Virus record (IMG/VR): IMGVR_UViG_3300008120_000061
Span: 11,942 to 75,941 of that record
Source: a virus
Length of the DNA: 64,000 nucleotides
Reading direction: 5' to 3' (one strand)
Part shown: positions 38,025-48,817 of the stretch, piece after piece
Numbering within the stretch: position 1 is the stretch's first letter
Layout of the letters: each line of letters begins with the position of its first letter
Made by a program: the position numbers and the translations under genes
Notes under the pieces: model-generated
Told to the model about the DNA's origin: nothing
Database searches by the model: none
The model's input: the letters and a program-made list of their open reading frames with translations, nothing else

Positions 38025-39701
38025 TTAGTCAATATTAAAGTCACTATTAAATACTGTTTTAATTTCCTGACCTAATTGCTCAAATACTGAATTCCAATCT
38101 CTTAATTGTTTTTGTCTAATATTAGTAATAGATGGATACCAAGGGCTATCTTTTCTATCTAATAGCCATCTCCAATCAGGAGAGAAGGCGTGAAGTACGA
38201 ATGTCTTAAGATTGGCGCTTCCTGCTAAATGAGCTATCATAGAATCTACAGTGACTATTATCTTACATCTTTTTAGCAATACTAGAGTATCATCTAAATA
38301 ATTTAGCTTATCACTGTGATAGTCTACATTTGGCAGCTTATTTATGTTTTCATCTTTATCTAACTGTAGATTTAAAAACTTTAAGTTACTATGTTTAGTA
38401 ATAAACTGTTCTATTAGCTGGGTAGGCACAGATCTGTTTATATCATTATGATGCGCTTTAGATCCTTGCCATAGTATACCAATATCATAGGTAGGTATTA
38501 ACATCATATCACTGCTAATTTTATGTTCCTTAAAATTAGGTACAGCAGGGATAGTGTCAAGATTAGTTCTAAAAATTCTAGGTAAACTCATAAAAGATAC
38601 TTTATAGGCATACTTAGAATAATCATTCTTATGCCATCCTCTAACATACGAGTCAGATACGTAATCTTTATAGTTATTATGTAGAAACTCTCTAAAAGAT
38701 TTTGGTTCAGACGTAGAGTCTTCCCATTTTTCATATTGATTAGCGATAACTTCTATATCAATGTTTGATGCTCTAGAATGTACTAATGGTAAATATCTTG
38801 AGAACTGCAACAAGTCGCCTAGCCCTTGTTCTTGATACACTAACAGCTTCTTATCTTCCGGTAGCTTTTCACCATTCCAATTAGGTATATTATAGTTTTT
38901 TAGTCCTTGAAATTGCTTAGTATTTAGTCTAAACTCACAAAGTCTCCAACCTTTTTGAAAATCACCTTTTAGCAGTTGTAACATACCTTCTTGATATAGA
39001 GAATCCATCACTACTTCATAGTCTTCTGATTTTTGAGCTTTTTGTGCGGCAATTATTGCTTCGTCAATTTTCAGTAAACTAGAATAGGCAGAGGCTAAGT
39101 TTTTATTAATTAAGGGATCACCCAGGTCAAACTCTTCAGCAGCTACTAATAGTGATACTGCTTCTGAATAGTTATGAGTAGATAACAGACTAGCACCCCA
39201 CCCTGTTAATATATCTATTAACATACGTATATGCTCTTCTGAACTATTAAATTCAGCTTTTAGTAAATTATACGCTTTAGAAAAGTTATCAGTTGCTTTA
39301 AGTTGCTTACTAATATTACCTTTATACTTTTTACTTAGTACTAGTGCATAAGTTAGATAGTTTTGAGGTTTCTTAGAATTAAGTAGTAACAGTTGTTCTG
39401 CACATTCTTCTGCCTTACTAAACTCTCCAATTTCTAAATAGCTAGAAGCTAACCCAGTTATTGCATCTTCATTTAACGGGTTCTTAATTAGGGACTGCTC
39501 AAAGCAGCTTATAGCCTTTACATGATCGTTCATAGCTTGAGCTTTCCAGCCTTTTAAAAAGAAAGAAAAATAGTGAATGCCACTCAGTTTTCTCTTAGTT
39601 AAATTAATAGCTTTATCGAAGCAACCGGTAGTAGCTAGGTCAATTGCAGCATTGATAGTTTCTAGTTCTCTAGTATTTCGTAATTTTGTTTTCTGTACCA
39701 T
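38025..39701 (-). CDS. TPR-repeat GT-B (GT9-like) glycosyltransferase
   Basis: N-terminal TPRs, then 'GWRLCEFR', 'WNGE', 'EQGLGDLLQFSRY', 'MSLP', 'GILWQGS', 'TVDSMIAHLAG', 'DWRW..SPWYPS'. Confidence 0.85.
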   Translation of the reverse strand: MVQKTKLRNTRELETINAAIDLATTGCFDKAINLTKRKLSGIHYFSFFLKGWKAQAMNDHVKAISCFEQSLIKNPLNEDAITGLASSYLEIGEFSKAEECAEQLLLLNSKKPQNYLTYALVLSKKYKGNISKQLKATDNFSKAYNLLKAEFNSSEEHIRMLIDILTGWGASLLSTHNYSEAVSLLVAAEEFDLGDPLINKNLASAYSSLLKIDEAIIAAQKAQKSEDYEVVMDSLYQEGMLQLLKGDFQKGWRLCEFRLNTKQFQGLKNYNIPNWNGEKLPEDKKLLVYQEQGLGDLLQFSRYLPLVHSRASNIDIEVIANQYEKWEDSTSEPKSFREFLHNNYKDYVSDSYVRGWHKNDYSKYAYKVSFMSLPRIFRTNLDTIPAVPNFKEHKISSDMMLIPTYDIGILWQGSKAHHNDINRSVPTQLIEQFITKHSNLKFLNLQLDKDENINKLPNVDYHSDKLNYLDDTLVLLKRCKIIVTVDSMIAHLAGSANLKTFVLHAFSPDWRWLLDRKDSPWYPSITNIRQKQLRDWNSVFEQLGQEIKTVFNSDFNID

Positions 39702-40972
39702 TCTAATCTGCCCTGTTGCTGATTATATACTATAGGGCCTGTTAGCCAAAAGTCTATAATTAATGGATCTTTTTTATCTGGATGCCTTCTTAGAATACGC
39801 CCAATTCTTTGTTCTAGCTTTGCATAGTTATTTCCAGGGCAAGTGAACATAAGAGTATCTAATCTATGGCAACTAATACCTTCATCAAATATTTTTGTAG
39901 ATAGTATGGCAGAATACTTAGTTCCTGCATTTTTTAGTATATCTTCTCTTTGAGCGTTCTTAGTACTACCAACTAATAATACACTATTAGGAATTCTAGA
40001 CTGCAAATCTTCTAACATTTCTATGCGCTCACTTAATATAAGAGGGCATCTACCATGCGCTATTTTATCTCTTGCTACTTGAGCTATTAAATCTAAATAA
40101 GAAGTAGTCTTTGCTAGTTTAGTTAGTTGCCTAGTCCAGTCTCTGTTTGGATTTATTACTCTAAAAGGTACTTGAGTTTGTACTAATTGTACTGATGCTG
40201 ATAGCTTATCTACATTCTCTGCAATTATTCTATTTGGTCCGAAAAAGTCCGGTAATATAATATGTAAGCCGTCTTTTCTAGTAGGAGTAGCACTTAGTGC
40301 AATCTTTACACGAGCATTTACCCCGTTTACAGCTCTGCTAAATGTTTCTGCTGGACACAAATGAGCTTCATCTACAAACAACACTTCAAACTGATCTAAT
40401 ACTTTATCTAGTCTAGTAAGCAAAGACTTATATATTGCTATTGTTATAGGCTTTATTGATTCTTTACCGTCACCTATAAAACCTACTTCATCAACGTCTA
40501 TCAATTCTTTTATAGCATCTAACCATTGGTATGCTAATAGTTTAGTATGACATATTATAATAGTAGGTTTTTTATAATTCCCAATAAGATAAGTTCCTAA
40601 ATAAGTCTTACCCCAGCCACAATCAGCTTTAATTAATCCGCTGTAAAGCTTGTTATTTTGTAATAGCTTATCTGCAACAGATTGTTGCTCAGCTCTTAGC
40701 CCACCTTTAAATGACCAGCTCTGTTTATCCGTGTTAGCTCTTAGATCTTCTAACTCTAGTATCTCTAGCTTATGCCAAGATCCACTGGGAACGCTACACA
40801 TTCCAGTTTCTTCATCATACTCTAATGTAGAATAAAAGGTATCACCTAAATTATAGTTAAATAATACATATCTAAAGTCTTGAAAAGGAATATCTAATAT
40901 ATCGTCTCTATTAAAGTATATCTTATCAGAAATTGTAGCTTTACGTATTTTATATTTTATCTTACTGTTCAT
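39662..40972 (-). CDS. SF2 helicase (T5 D10-like)
   Basis: 'CGWGKT', 'DEAH', 'SATP', 'EQRIGRILR'. Confidence 0.92.
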   Translation of the reverse strand: MNSKIKYKIRKATISDKIYFNRDDILDIPFQDFRYVLFNYNLGDTFYSTLEYDEETGMCSVPSGSWHKLEILELEDLRANTDKQSWSFKGGLRAEQQSVADKLLQNNKLYSGLIKADCGWGKTYLGTYLIGNYKKPTIIICHTKLLAYQWLDAIKELIDVDEVGFIGDGKESIKPITIAIYKSLLTRLDKVLDQFEVLFVDEAHLCPAETFSRAVNGVNARVKIALSATPTRKDGLHIILPDFFGPNRIIAENVDKLSASVQLVQTQVPFRVINPNRDWTRQLTKLAKTTSYLDLIAQVARDKIAHGRCPLILSERIEMLEDLQSRIPNSVLLVGSTKNAQREDILKNAGTKYSAILSTKIFDEGISCHRLDTLMFTCPGNNYAKLEQRIGRILRRHPDKKDPLIIDFWLTGPIVYNQQQGRLEWYRKQNYEILEN

Positions 40973-41478
40973 TATATATTTATTTCAGTAACATCCATTT
41001 TAAATGGTGTTACTTTGTATATCACCCATACTTTATCAATTTTTACTATTGTTAAATGTTGATTTAGTAGTTCTTTGCTATCAATTAGTTTTATAGGTAG
41101 TTCGAACGGATAGCTAACCGTAGGAACCCATACTGCATTTTTACTTACTTTAATTATTGGTAAGCTTTTAGATATAAATTTTTGTTTCTTACTTACGTCA
41201 TATATCTTAGCTTTTGAATCTATCAGCCATTTTACAGGCTTATTAATCACATGAGTTAGATTTAGACAGGTAGCATCAAAATTTATTTCATCAGACTTTA
41301 CAGATAGATAGCGTTCTAGTACAGTCTTATTTCTGTCAAATCTGTCTATTATGTACCAGTCGTGAAATTCTCTTTTTTGTATTTGTATTGTATCAGTACC
41401 TATTTTATAATCAAAAGGTACTGAATACAATGCAAAAGCAGGAAACTTTATTCCATAAAATTTACTTAGGTAACTCAT
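40972..41478 (-). CDS. Hypothetical protein (T5-like ORF between polymerase and D10)
   Basis: Synteny; 'IKFPAF', 'LIDSKAKI'. Confidence 0.6.
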   Translation of the reverse strand: MSYLSKFYGIKFPAFALYSVPFDYKIGTDTIQIQKREFHDWYIIDRFDRNKTVLERYLSVKSDEINFDATCLNLTHVINKPVKWLIDSKAKIYDVSKKQKFISKSLPIIKVSKNAVWVPTVSYPFELPIKLIDSKELLNQHLTIVKIDKVWVIYKVTPFKMDVTEINI

Positions 41479-43708
41479 ATTTACTTAATTCACCCCAAGA
41501 AGGGCCAGCTTCCACGTCTACGACAATTGGGCATCCTGTAATAAATACACCTCTGTCTTTTTGTAGATTGGTTACTAGTGTCTTGGCATATAAAGGCAAT
41601 AGCTCATTCTTAACTTCAGCAACTACTGAGTCATGCACAGTAGCAAAAAGCTTAATATCATCTTGAAGTTTATTCTCTTTTACCCAGTTTACAGTGTCAA
41701 TCAACCCATAAATGTTAATATCGCTGGCAACACTCTGAATTAAGAAGTTTAGACCGCTGCGAGCGGCGTGAGCGGCAACGCCTTTATTATCAGATCCTAC
41801 TTCTGGAAGTCTACGCTTTCTGCCGAATGCGCTATAAATAAAGTAGTTTGTTTCAATTGTAGAAAGACATGCGTCAATCCACTTGCGAAGGCTACTAGCT
41901 TCTCTAAAATACTTCTTAATAAAGTCTTTGGCTTCTTCCATAGTGATATTAGCAGTTTCACTAATTTTAGAAGGACCAGCACCATACAAAATACCGAATG
42001 TAATAGCTTTAGAATACTGTCTCAAATCTGGATACAGATCTTTTACTTCGCCTACCGCACAATCTAGCTTAAACATATTTTTAGCTACATAAGAGTGGAA
42101 GTCTAGTTTTTGAATAAAAGCCTGTTGTAGAAACTTATCGTTAGACAGTGCAGCTGCAACATACACTTCGGCAGTACCTAAGTCGGCTTGAACAATACTA
42201 TATCCTTCTCTAGCCTTAAAGATCTTTTTGATACCAGCATCTTTATCTCTAGGAAGATTCTGATAGTTAAGAACACCACTAGAACTTAAACGTCCAGAAG
42301 TAGTACCAGTAAGGTTAAAGCTCGAACGTAGACGAGAGTCGTTGTCCACTCCATCTTTAATGTTTTTTAGATAGGTTTGACTTAGTTTAACTTTTTTACG
42401 AAGATCTAGAATTGCATCAGTAATAGGATGTTTAAGTTGTTCAAGTACTTCTGCGTCAGTACTAAAAGCACCTGTATCAGTCTTCTTAATAGGCTTTAGT
42501 TTTAGAATATCGAACAGCACTTGTCTGAGGTGGTACACACTATTAGGATTAAAAGTTTTACCAGTAATCTCTTCAAACTCTTGAATAGCAGGATCAAATG
42601 CTAATTCATTCATAGTCTCTTCAATATCAATTCTATAATCTTGAATAAGATCGTCTAGAATATCAATGCTAATAGGGCCACCATTCGACTCTAAGTGAAT
42701 GATAGACATGATAGCAGGTTTCAGAAGATCATTATACAACGTAACAAAATTAGGATTCTTATCAATTATAGGCTTGAACTTTTTATATAGCTGCATAGTA
42801 CCATCACCATCCTTACAGCCATAAGGTGCAAGAATTTCTGGCGGTAACATGCCATAGTTAAAATCTTCTAGTTTAACTTTGTGCTGTCTAGCCCAAGCTT
42901 TCTTATAATCATCTAGCTCTTTTTCATAGTCGCCTAGATCAGTATATTTCATAGCAAGTTGCTTAAGACCGTGAGTACCTACACTTTCGTCTAAGCAGTA
43001 ATGCATTAACATGGTGTCTTCGAAGTCTGGAAACTCAAAACCATATTCATACCCAATAAATTGAATATCGAACTTTGCGTTGTGAAAAACACACTTAGTG
43101 GTTTTGAAAAGTTCTTCAAACTCATCATAGTAATGCTCAATAATATGGGCGTCAGCATATACGCCTTCATGAGGCGCTGTACTAAATACAAATCCTAGAA
43201 TATTACCCTTTCTAGGGGATAGACTAGATGTTTCAGTATCGACAGAGATAACATCTGCTTGTTGTAGCTTTTTTAAGTAGGGCAGAAAATCTATTTCGTC
43301 TGTATAATGAGTATAAGACTTATTATGCACTAAAGGTTGCTCACCAGAAACAATACTGTTGAGCTTAGCAAAAGCTTTCTTAATATCATCCGCATACTGT
43401 GGCTTAATAAATACCATTCCAGGATCTAGAATAGGAATAAACTTTTCATTAAGTACGTGACCATTATATTTCATAATACCTGTGACACCACAAGCATACT
43501 TTAGAGAGTCTCCGCCTACAGGGCAAATAATATCATACTGCTCAAAAATAGACATATCTAAATCTACGTCTTTTTTGAGAATTTTTTCTTTGGGTTCCGA
43601 ACTTAGATAAACAACGTCAAATTTAATTTTATTGTTATATTCTTTTAAAACAGTTGGTACAGCATTTTTTAATGGGGAAGGTAAGACTAGTAGAAATTTG
43701 TGTGTCAT
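41462..43708 (-). CDS. polA: Family A DNA polymerase with 3'-5' exonuclease
   Basis: 'DTET', 'HNAKFD', 'TTSGRLSS', 'QADL', 'KAITFGILYG', 'TVHDS'. Confidence 0.96.
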   Translation of the reverse strand: MTHKFLLVLPSPLKNAVPTVLKEYNNKIKFDVVYLSSEPKEKILKKDVDLDMSIFEQYDIICPVGGDSLKYACGVTGIMKYNGHVLNEKFIPILDPGMVFIKPQYADDIKKAFAKLNSIVSGEQPLVHNKSYTHYTDEIDFLPYLKKLQQADVISVDTETSSLSPRKGNILGFVFSTAPHEGVYADAHIIEHYYDEFEELFKTTKCVFHNAKFDIQFIGYEYGFEFPDFEDTMLMHYCLDESVGTHGLKQLAMKYTDLGDYEKELDDYKKAWARQHKVKLEDFNYGMLPPEILAPYGCKDGDGTMQLYKKFKPIIDKNPNFVTLYNDLLKPAIMSIIHLESNGGPISIDILDDLIQDYRIDIEETMNELAFDPAIQEFEEITGKTFNPNSVYHLRQVLFDILKLKPIKKTDTGAFSTDAEVLEQLKHPITDAILDLRKKVKLSQTYLKNIKDGVDNDSRLRSSFNLTGTTSGRLSSSGVLNYQNLPRDKDAGIKKIFKAREGYSIVQADLGTAEVYVAAALSNDKFLQQAFIQKLDFHSYVAKNMFKLDCAVGEVKDLYPDLRQYSKAITFGILYGAGPSKISETANITMEEAKDFIKKYFREASSLRKWIDACLSTIETNYFIYSAFGRKRRLPEVGSDNKGVAAHAARSGLNFLIQSVASDINIYGLIDTVNWVKENKLQDDIKLFATVHDSVVAEVKNELLPLYAKTLVTNLQKDRGVFITGCPIVVDVEAGPSWGELSKYELPK

Positions 43709-43743
43709 GAGTTCTCTTTGTGGTTATGTGTAACATATTAGTT

Positions 43744-43772
43744 ATAATATTACAGATTTAAGCATTCGTCAA
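43744..43772 (-). promoter_or_regulatory. Possible sigma70 promoter for the polymerase
   Basis: Minus strand TTGACG-N17-TATTAT overlapping the primase 3' end. Confidence 0.5.
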
Positions 43773-44660
43773 ATATAAATTATCTTCAATATTGCCTAAA
43801 AAGTGTTCAGCTATTTCTTTATTGAAACTACCTGGATCTAAACCATCAGTAAGAACAATATTATTGGTTTCTATATTTCTTTGTTCTAGTAGCTTTTCAA
43901 TCTTAGCTGCCGCTTGTTTACCCGCAGAGTCGCCATCCATTAGTATGGTGACTTTTCTACATCCATATTCATCTAGTAGTTTAGCCTTTTGAGCTGTAAA
44001 GTTTTGGGTGCCAAAGATACATAGGCTATTTGTATATCCTAAATCATGCAGTTTTAGCACATCAAATAATCCTTCTACTAAGATTACATGTGAGAAGTCC
44101 GCTATTCTATCTAAGGGAAATAGAATATCACTCACAGATACTCCGGCTGGTTTTCTTAAATATTTAGGCATACTAATAGAGCTGCTAAGAACTTTGTATC
44201 TGCCTTCTATGAATTTTAGTTTTTTGTGTTGATATATAGGTATGCAAGCATAATCACTCAACCCATTAGAGTCTGTGAAGAAAGCTCCAAAGTCTTTTAG
44301 AGTTTTTGCTCTAATACCTTTAAAATCATGACTCAAAGCAATTGTTGGCTCAGGCAGCCTAACCTCTCCTTGATATCTGATGTTATCTAGTTTATTCTTT
44401 AGCTTTTTTATTTTAAAAGACATTTTAGATGCAATTTGAAATGTGCTTTTAATTCCTAGCCCTTCCAAGAATTGTTGAGTATTTCCTCTATGTCCACATG
44501 CAAAGCAATGAAATACATTCTTTTCTAGATTTAGAGAAAGACTAGGATTAGAATCGACGTGCAAACCACTAAAACATCTTACAGTTAGTTCAGTAGGCTT
44601 ATTAGGATTAACAACATAATCAATGCTGTTATCCTTTAGCACGTCTTCCATATTATCCAT
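43758..44660 (-). CDS. DNA primase
   Basis: Zn finger (C..H-D..PS...CFAC) and TOPRIM motifs 'LVEGLFD', 'MDGDSAG', 'DPG'. Confidence 0.93.
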   Translation of the reverse strand: MDNMEDVLKDNSIDYVVNPNKPTELTVRCFSGLHVDSNPSLSLNLEKNVFHCFACGHRGNTQQFLEGLGIKSTFQIASKMSFKIKKLKNKLDNIRYQGEVRLPEPTIALSHDFKGIRAKTLKDFGAFFTDSNGLSDYACIPIYQHKKLKFIEGRYKVLSSSISMPKYLRKPAGVSVSDILFPLDRIADFSHVILVEGLFDVLKLHDLGYTNSLCIFGTQNFTAQKAKLLDEYGCRKVTILMDGDSAGKQAAAKIEKLLEQRNIETNNIVLTDGLDPGSFNKEIAEHFLGNIEDNLYLTNA

Positions 44661-45030
44661 TCTGATTATCTCCAGGCATCACTCTAAAGTTATCTTCTGC
44701 TGAATCTGCAGTACTAACTTCAATAATCTCACTATCATCTTCTAAAGCTATTAGCTGATGCACTTGTAGAGGCATAATTCTGATAGAATCTCCAGTGCGA
44801 AGAGTCTGCTCAATGATACTGCCATTTTCAGTATTAATAAGTTTTAATGTGAATAATCCTTTTTGCACATACCATGTTTCATCTTTTTTATGGTGAAAGT
44901 GCATTGAAAACTTATTCCCAACTTTGTTAAAGTGAAGTATCTTTCCACAATATAAATCATTAGTGGCAAAGATATACTCATACCCCCATCCCTTAGGAAT
45001 ATGACCGCTAAACCTCGTTACGCTTGACAT
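44653..45030 (-). CDS. Cupin, sugar-phosphate isomerase-like
   Basis: 'PKGWGYE', 'FSMHFH..KDETWYV', 'VHQL', 'IEVST'. Confidence 0.8.
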   Translation of the reverse strand: MSSVTRFSGHIPKGWGYEYIFATNDLYCGKILHFNKVGNKFSMHFHHKKDETWYVQKGLFTLKLINTENGSIIEQTLRTGDSIRIMPLQVHQLIALEDDSEIIEVSTADSAEDNFRVMPGDNQNG

Positions 45031-45877
45031 AAGCTGTTCCTTTCTTTGTTACAGCTATTGCAGATACTTTAGTAGCAAATTCAATAGCTTTGTTTATCGT
45101 ATTATTTTCATATAAAGAAGATGCCAGTGCTGCTAGAAAACTATCTCCAGCTCCCGTAACATCTATTGCTTTAACAGAAAATGCAGAATACTCTTTATAT
45201 AATCCTTTTTTAGTGGCAGTTACGCAACCCTCAGATCCTTTAGTTACTATGAGATTATCTACATTTAGTGCCTTTGCTGACTCTATTAGTAATTCTCTTG
45301 TAATAGTTGTTTCATTTGTCCAATCTAAAAATTCTTTTAAATTAGGTTTAAGTACGAATGTATTTTTATATTTATCTAGATCTTTCTTAGGGTCTACTAA
45401 TACTGGAATCTTTAATTCTACAGCAGCTTTAATAATACCATTAGGATTTATAATACTACCCTTATTATAATCGCTTAGAACTATTATACTAGGTCTATTT
45501 TCTAGTACTTTATTAGCTAGTTGATTAGTATCACATTTTATGCTATCATCATAGTCTATTCTAGATATATAAGCTCCATTACTATACAGTCTTACTTTAG
45601 TAATATCACTATCTGCATAATTTACTACGCTATCATAAGTTAACTGTTCTTCTTCTAATAGCTTTGCTAAGATAGATTTATTACTAGTAAGGGCAGTAAA
45701 TAGTTTTACCGGACTTCCTAAGTATTTTATGTTTAAAGCTGTATTACCAGCTCCACCTAGTTTATTTATAGTTTCATATACACTAACTACCGGGGCAGTA
45801 TCGCACTCAGGAGACATACGAACACTGCTACCCAGCAGATATTTATCTAACATAATATCTCCAATAACTGCTATCAC
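45008..45877 (-). CDS. PfkB-family kinase, HldE/RfaE heptose-7-phosphate kinase domain
   Basis: 'VIGDIMLDKY..G...RMSPE..APV', 'GGAGNTA', 'LSDYNKG', 'VDPK', 'KPN', 'DVTGAGD'. Confidence 0.88.
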   Translation of the reverse strand: MIAVIGDIMLDKYLLGSSVRMSPECDTAPVVSVYETINKLGGAGNTALNIKYLGSPVKLFTALTSNKSILAKLLEEEQLTYDSVVNYADSDITKVRLYSNGAYISRIDYDDSIKCDTNQLANKVLENRPSIIVLSDYNKGSIINPNGIIKAAVELKIPVLVDPKKDLDKYKNTFVLKPNLKEFLDWTNETTITRELLIESAKALNVDNLIVTKGSEGCVTATKKGLYKEYSAFSVKAIDVTGAGDSFLAALASSLYENNTINKAIEFATKVSAIAVTKKGTAYVKRNEV

Positions 45878-47250
45878 CCTAGATCACCTGCAAATTCTTT
45901 CTCATCATTTCCATATTTATTTAGTATCTTACCTTCTATAACTTTACTGCTTTCAGGTACGATTTTTAGACATTCCCAATCCATGTGTACATTAAACTTC
46001 ATGGATTTACCGTTACGAATCTTAGTAATTTCAAAAGGTAGAATACTTGGATCTTCGTTTAAATCTGCTGGCGTAAATCTAAAGCTGCGATCCGCAGAGT
46101 CAAGAACCCCTTTAGCAAATCTAGCTTCACCGCTAGCATCAATCTGATACGGAGAAACCATCATAACTTTATACTTACGGCTAAGAGTTTTTAACTGGTC
46201 AGCAATGGCGATCTGGGATTTCCAATCCATTCTATCTTCTACTTTAACAATGTTAAGATAGTCGATTACGCACATTTTTACATCATACTTTTTAGTCATA
46301 AGATTTAGATAGTGGTCAATCTTAGCTAAAGATAGATTAACATCATCTACAATATGGAAACGCTTATCTTTAAACTTAGCTTTACCAGTTTTCAGCCCAT
46401 AGTCAAACTCTTTTAGATTACCAGTTTTTAACAGATTAGCATACAGATCAGAAGCTTCTTCTGTAGCCTCATAGAATGTATCTAGTTTAGTTTTAGCTAA
46501 CAACAGCTTATCAGTATTTGTTAGCTCGTTTTTAATGAATTTCATAAACGACACACCAGACAGCATACTCATTAGTCGATAGTACACTTCAACATAACGC
46601 ATCTCAATACTCATAAAGAGTACTGAGTTATTATTGCTTTCAAACTGATGTTTAGCTGTATTGAGTGTGATAATAGACTTACCACTACCCCTACGACCTC
46701 CAAACATTATAAGCTCTTCTAAACCAAATCCACCGTTAGTAGCGTCGTACTCAGTAGACAAGCCACTTGAATACATAATAAATTGTTCTTCACCTAAGAA
46801 AGAATCAATTGTTGCAACGTCAAATAGTTCCTCGCCTTCTGGCAGGAACTTATGTAGTTCTAGAATATGATTTTGTATACTATCAATTATTTCAATACGT
46901 TCTAGGTGTTCGAGCTGATCCATAAACTTATCTAGCCAGTTTATAGTTTCTTCCCTAATAAAATAGTCTTGTAATTGGTCTGCAATAAATTGACTAGATA
47001 GATACTGTTCTTCAGGAGTATCTACATAGATCTGAGAAGATAAGTAGTCTTTAATATTCTCAATCTTCTGAGACTCGTAAAACTCTTGCATAGTGGGTAT
47101 GCGCATATTCTTTTCGTAAAATTTAACAATCTTACGAAATATGATTAGATTAGTGTCGTTAAAAAACTTACTAACTAGCTTGTTATAAAAATCTGTACTC
47201 TGCGTAGACAATAACCTACGCAGAGCAATTTTTTGTATATCTACAGTCAT
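45874..47250 (-). CDS. Replicative DnaB-like helicase (T5 D6-like)
   Basis: 'GGRRGSGKS', 'SIEM', 'VIDYLN', 'SPYQID..GEARFAKG', 'KIRNG'. Confidence 0.92.
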   Translation of the reverse strand: MTVDIQKIALRRLLSTQSTDFYNKLVSKFFNDTNLIIFRKIVKFYEKNMRIPTMQEFYESQKIENIKDYLSSQIYVDTPEEQYLSSQFIADQLQDYFIREETINWLDKFMDQLEHLERIEIIDSIQNHILELHKFLPEGEELFDVATIDSFLGEEQFIMYSSGLSTEYDATNGGFGLEELIMFGGRRGSGKSIITLNTAKHQFESNNNSVLFMSIEMRYVEVYYRLMSMLSGVSFMKFIKNELTNTDKLLLAKTKLDTFYEATEEASDLYANLLKTGNLKEFDYGLKTGKAKFKDKRFHIVDDVNLSLAKIDHYLNLMTKKYDVKMCVIDYLNIVKVEDRMDWKSQIAIADQLKTLSRKYKVMMVSPYQIDASGEARFAKGVLDSADRSFRFTPADLNEDPSILPFEITKIRNGKSMKFNVHMDWECLKIVPESSKVIEGKILNKYGNDEKEFAGDLG

Positions 47251-48014
47251 TATTTATTTACCACAGGAAATAGCTCTGCTCTGGGAACGAACAGCTTTCT
47301 AAACGAGAATTCACTTTCAATCCATACTTCATACGTTTCTCTACCTGTCTCCTCAATTAATGTTTCTACTCTTTTTACATGATTTTTTAGCGACTCTAGC
47401 TTCCAGCTAGAACCATCTTCTAGCTCCCAATAAATTTGATAATGAATATCAAGCATAGGCTCATTAAATCTACCGCCCTCTTTCCAAGGAAGTAGCTCAA
47501 TCCAACGTTGTCTACCTTGTCTAAGAGACTCTGCGTATTCTTCATCAAATACTTTTAGAATACTTACAAATGAGTTTTCTGGGCCAGAAAAAGCTCTGTC
47601 ACCTACTTTAAACTTAATGTCTAGATCTTGAACAATATGTTCTGTTTTAGCTTCTGCATTTTTACCTCTAGCTCTTAACGGAACATTAGCTTCCATAAGA
47701 ACTTTTTTAACTCTAGGTGCAGAAATAAAATAAAGCTTGGCGATAGCTGACTGAGCTTCGCCATTTAAATAAGACTTAATTATTTCTTTCTTAGTAGCTT
47801 CTGTTATTTCAGCGTTTTTTGCTTTCTCTTTGAGCTGCTTTTCACGCTCTTCTTTAGCTTTAAAATCTTCAATTATTTTATTTAGTCGTGTAGTATTATA
47901 ATTGATCCCAAGAAAATCACACACAAACTTTTTAGTTTTACCTGTTTTAATATACCATATAGCATTTCTAATTTTAGCTTCAGGTATCTCCTCTGTAGTA
48001 AGTTTTCGAGCCAT
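47250..48014 (-). CDS. DNA-binding transcription regulator (T5 D5-like)
   Basis: Two HTH-like segments ('TKKFVCDFLGI', 'YLNGEAQSAIAK'); upstream of the helicase as in T5. Confidence 0.8.
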   Translation of the reverse strand: MARKLTTEEIPEAKIRNAIWYIKTGKTKKFVCDFLGINYNTTRLNKIIEDFKAKEEREKQLKEKAKNAEITEATKKEIIKSYLNGEAQSAIAKLYFISAPRVKKVLMEANVPLRARGKNAEAKTEHIVQDLDIKFKVGDRAFSGPENSFVSILKVFDEEYAESLRQGRQRWIELLPWKEGGRFNEPMLDIHYQIYWELEDGSSWKLESLKNHVKRVETLIEETGRETYEVWIESEFSFRKLFVPRAELFPVVNK

Positions 48015-48786
48015 CTATTAATCCTTCAATAGAGTTAAAGTTTTTTATATCTTTATCATACACAACTAGTAAGTTTTTGCCAATTACTTTATTAATATTA
48101 ATCTTTCTTTCTAAGTTGTCTAAGTAACTTTTACTAGTGCCACCTGCTATTTCTATATAAACATTTAAGTCTGTTAGGTAAAAATCATATAGTAACTTAT
48201 AAGGGTTTGGGTATCTAGGTTCATAAATATAAGACACTTTATTACATAAAAATTTATTTATAAATTCAAACTCTAAAAGACTTCTACAGTTATTACCATC
48301 ATCTGCTTGCACGCTTATGCCGTATAGGTTAGTATTTGGATCGTAACCAGCACTTTCAATAGCTAAATTCCACGTTTTAAATACTCTTATAAAAGGATTA
48401 ACACTAGGGTATATACTTTTACTATCATTAAACTCTCTATTAGTAGGAATACGATCATTATCTACTACAAAATCATTTATTACACTAATTAGTTCTTCTT
48501 TTTTCCATTCTTTAGGTGGGTTTGGTATTACTATATCAAATTTTTTAAAATGATTTCTAATGTAAGTCATAGTGCTTTTTAGGTTTGGATACTTGTACCT
48601 AATAAAGCTACTAGAATATCCTTTTAAAAATTCTGTAAAGTGTATAGCACCTTCCATACTATCAATAAAGTATTCACCTGTTTTCATATGACAGTTTTTT
48701 GCATGTTTAGCTACGTGGTGCCAATCAGGAAAATTATATCTTTTTAGACTATTAGTGGTTATATTGCAGTAAGGACATTTAAACAT
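47980..48786 (-). mobile_element. Free-standing putative homing endonuclease
   Basis: N-terminal CxxC..HxxxC finger, homing-endonuclease-associated repeat ('RIPTNREF..PSV..FKTWNLAIESAG') and a PD-(D/E)xK/Vsr-like C-term ('YDFYL..YIEI'). Confidence 0.7.
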
Positions 48787-48817
48787 TTCTTACACCTTTT
48801 TTATATTTGAATACTTT

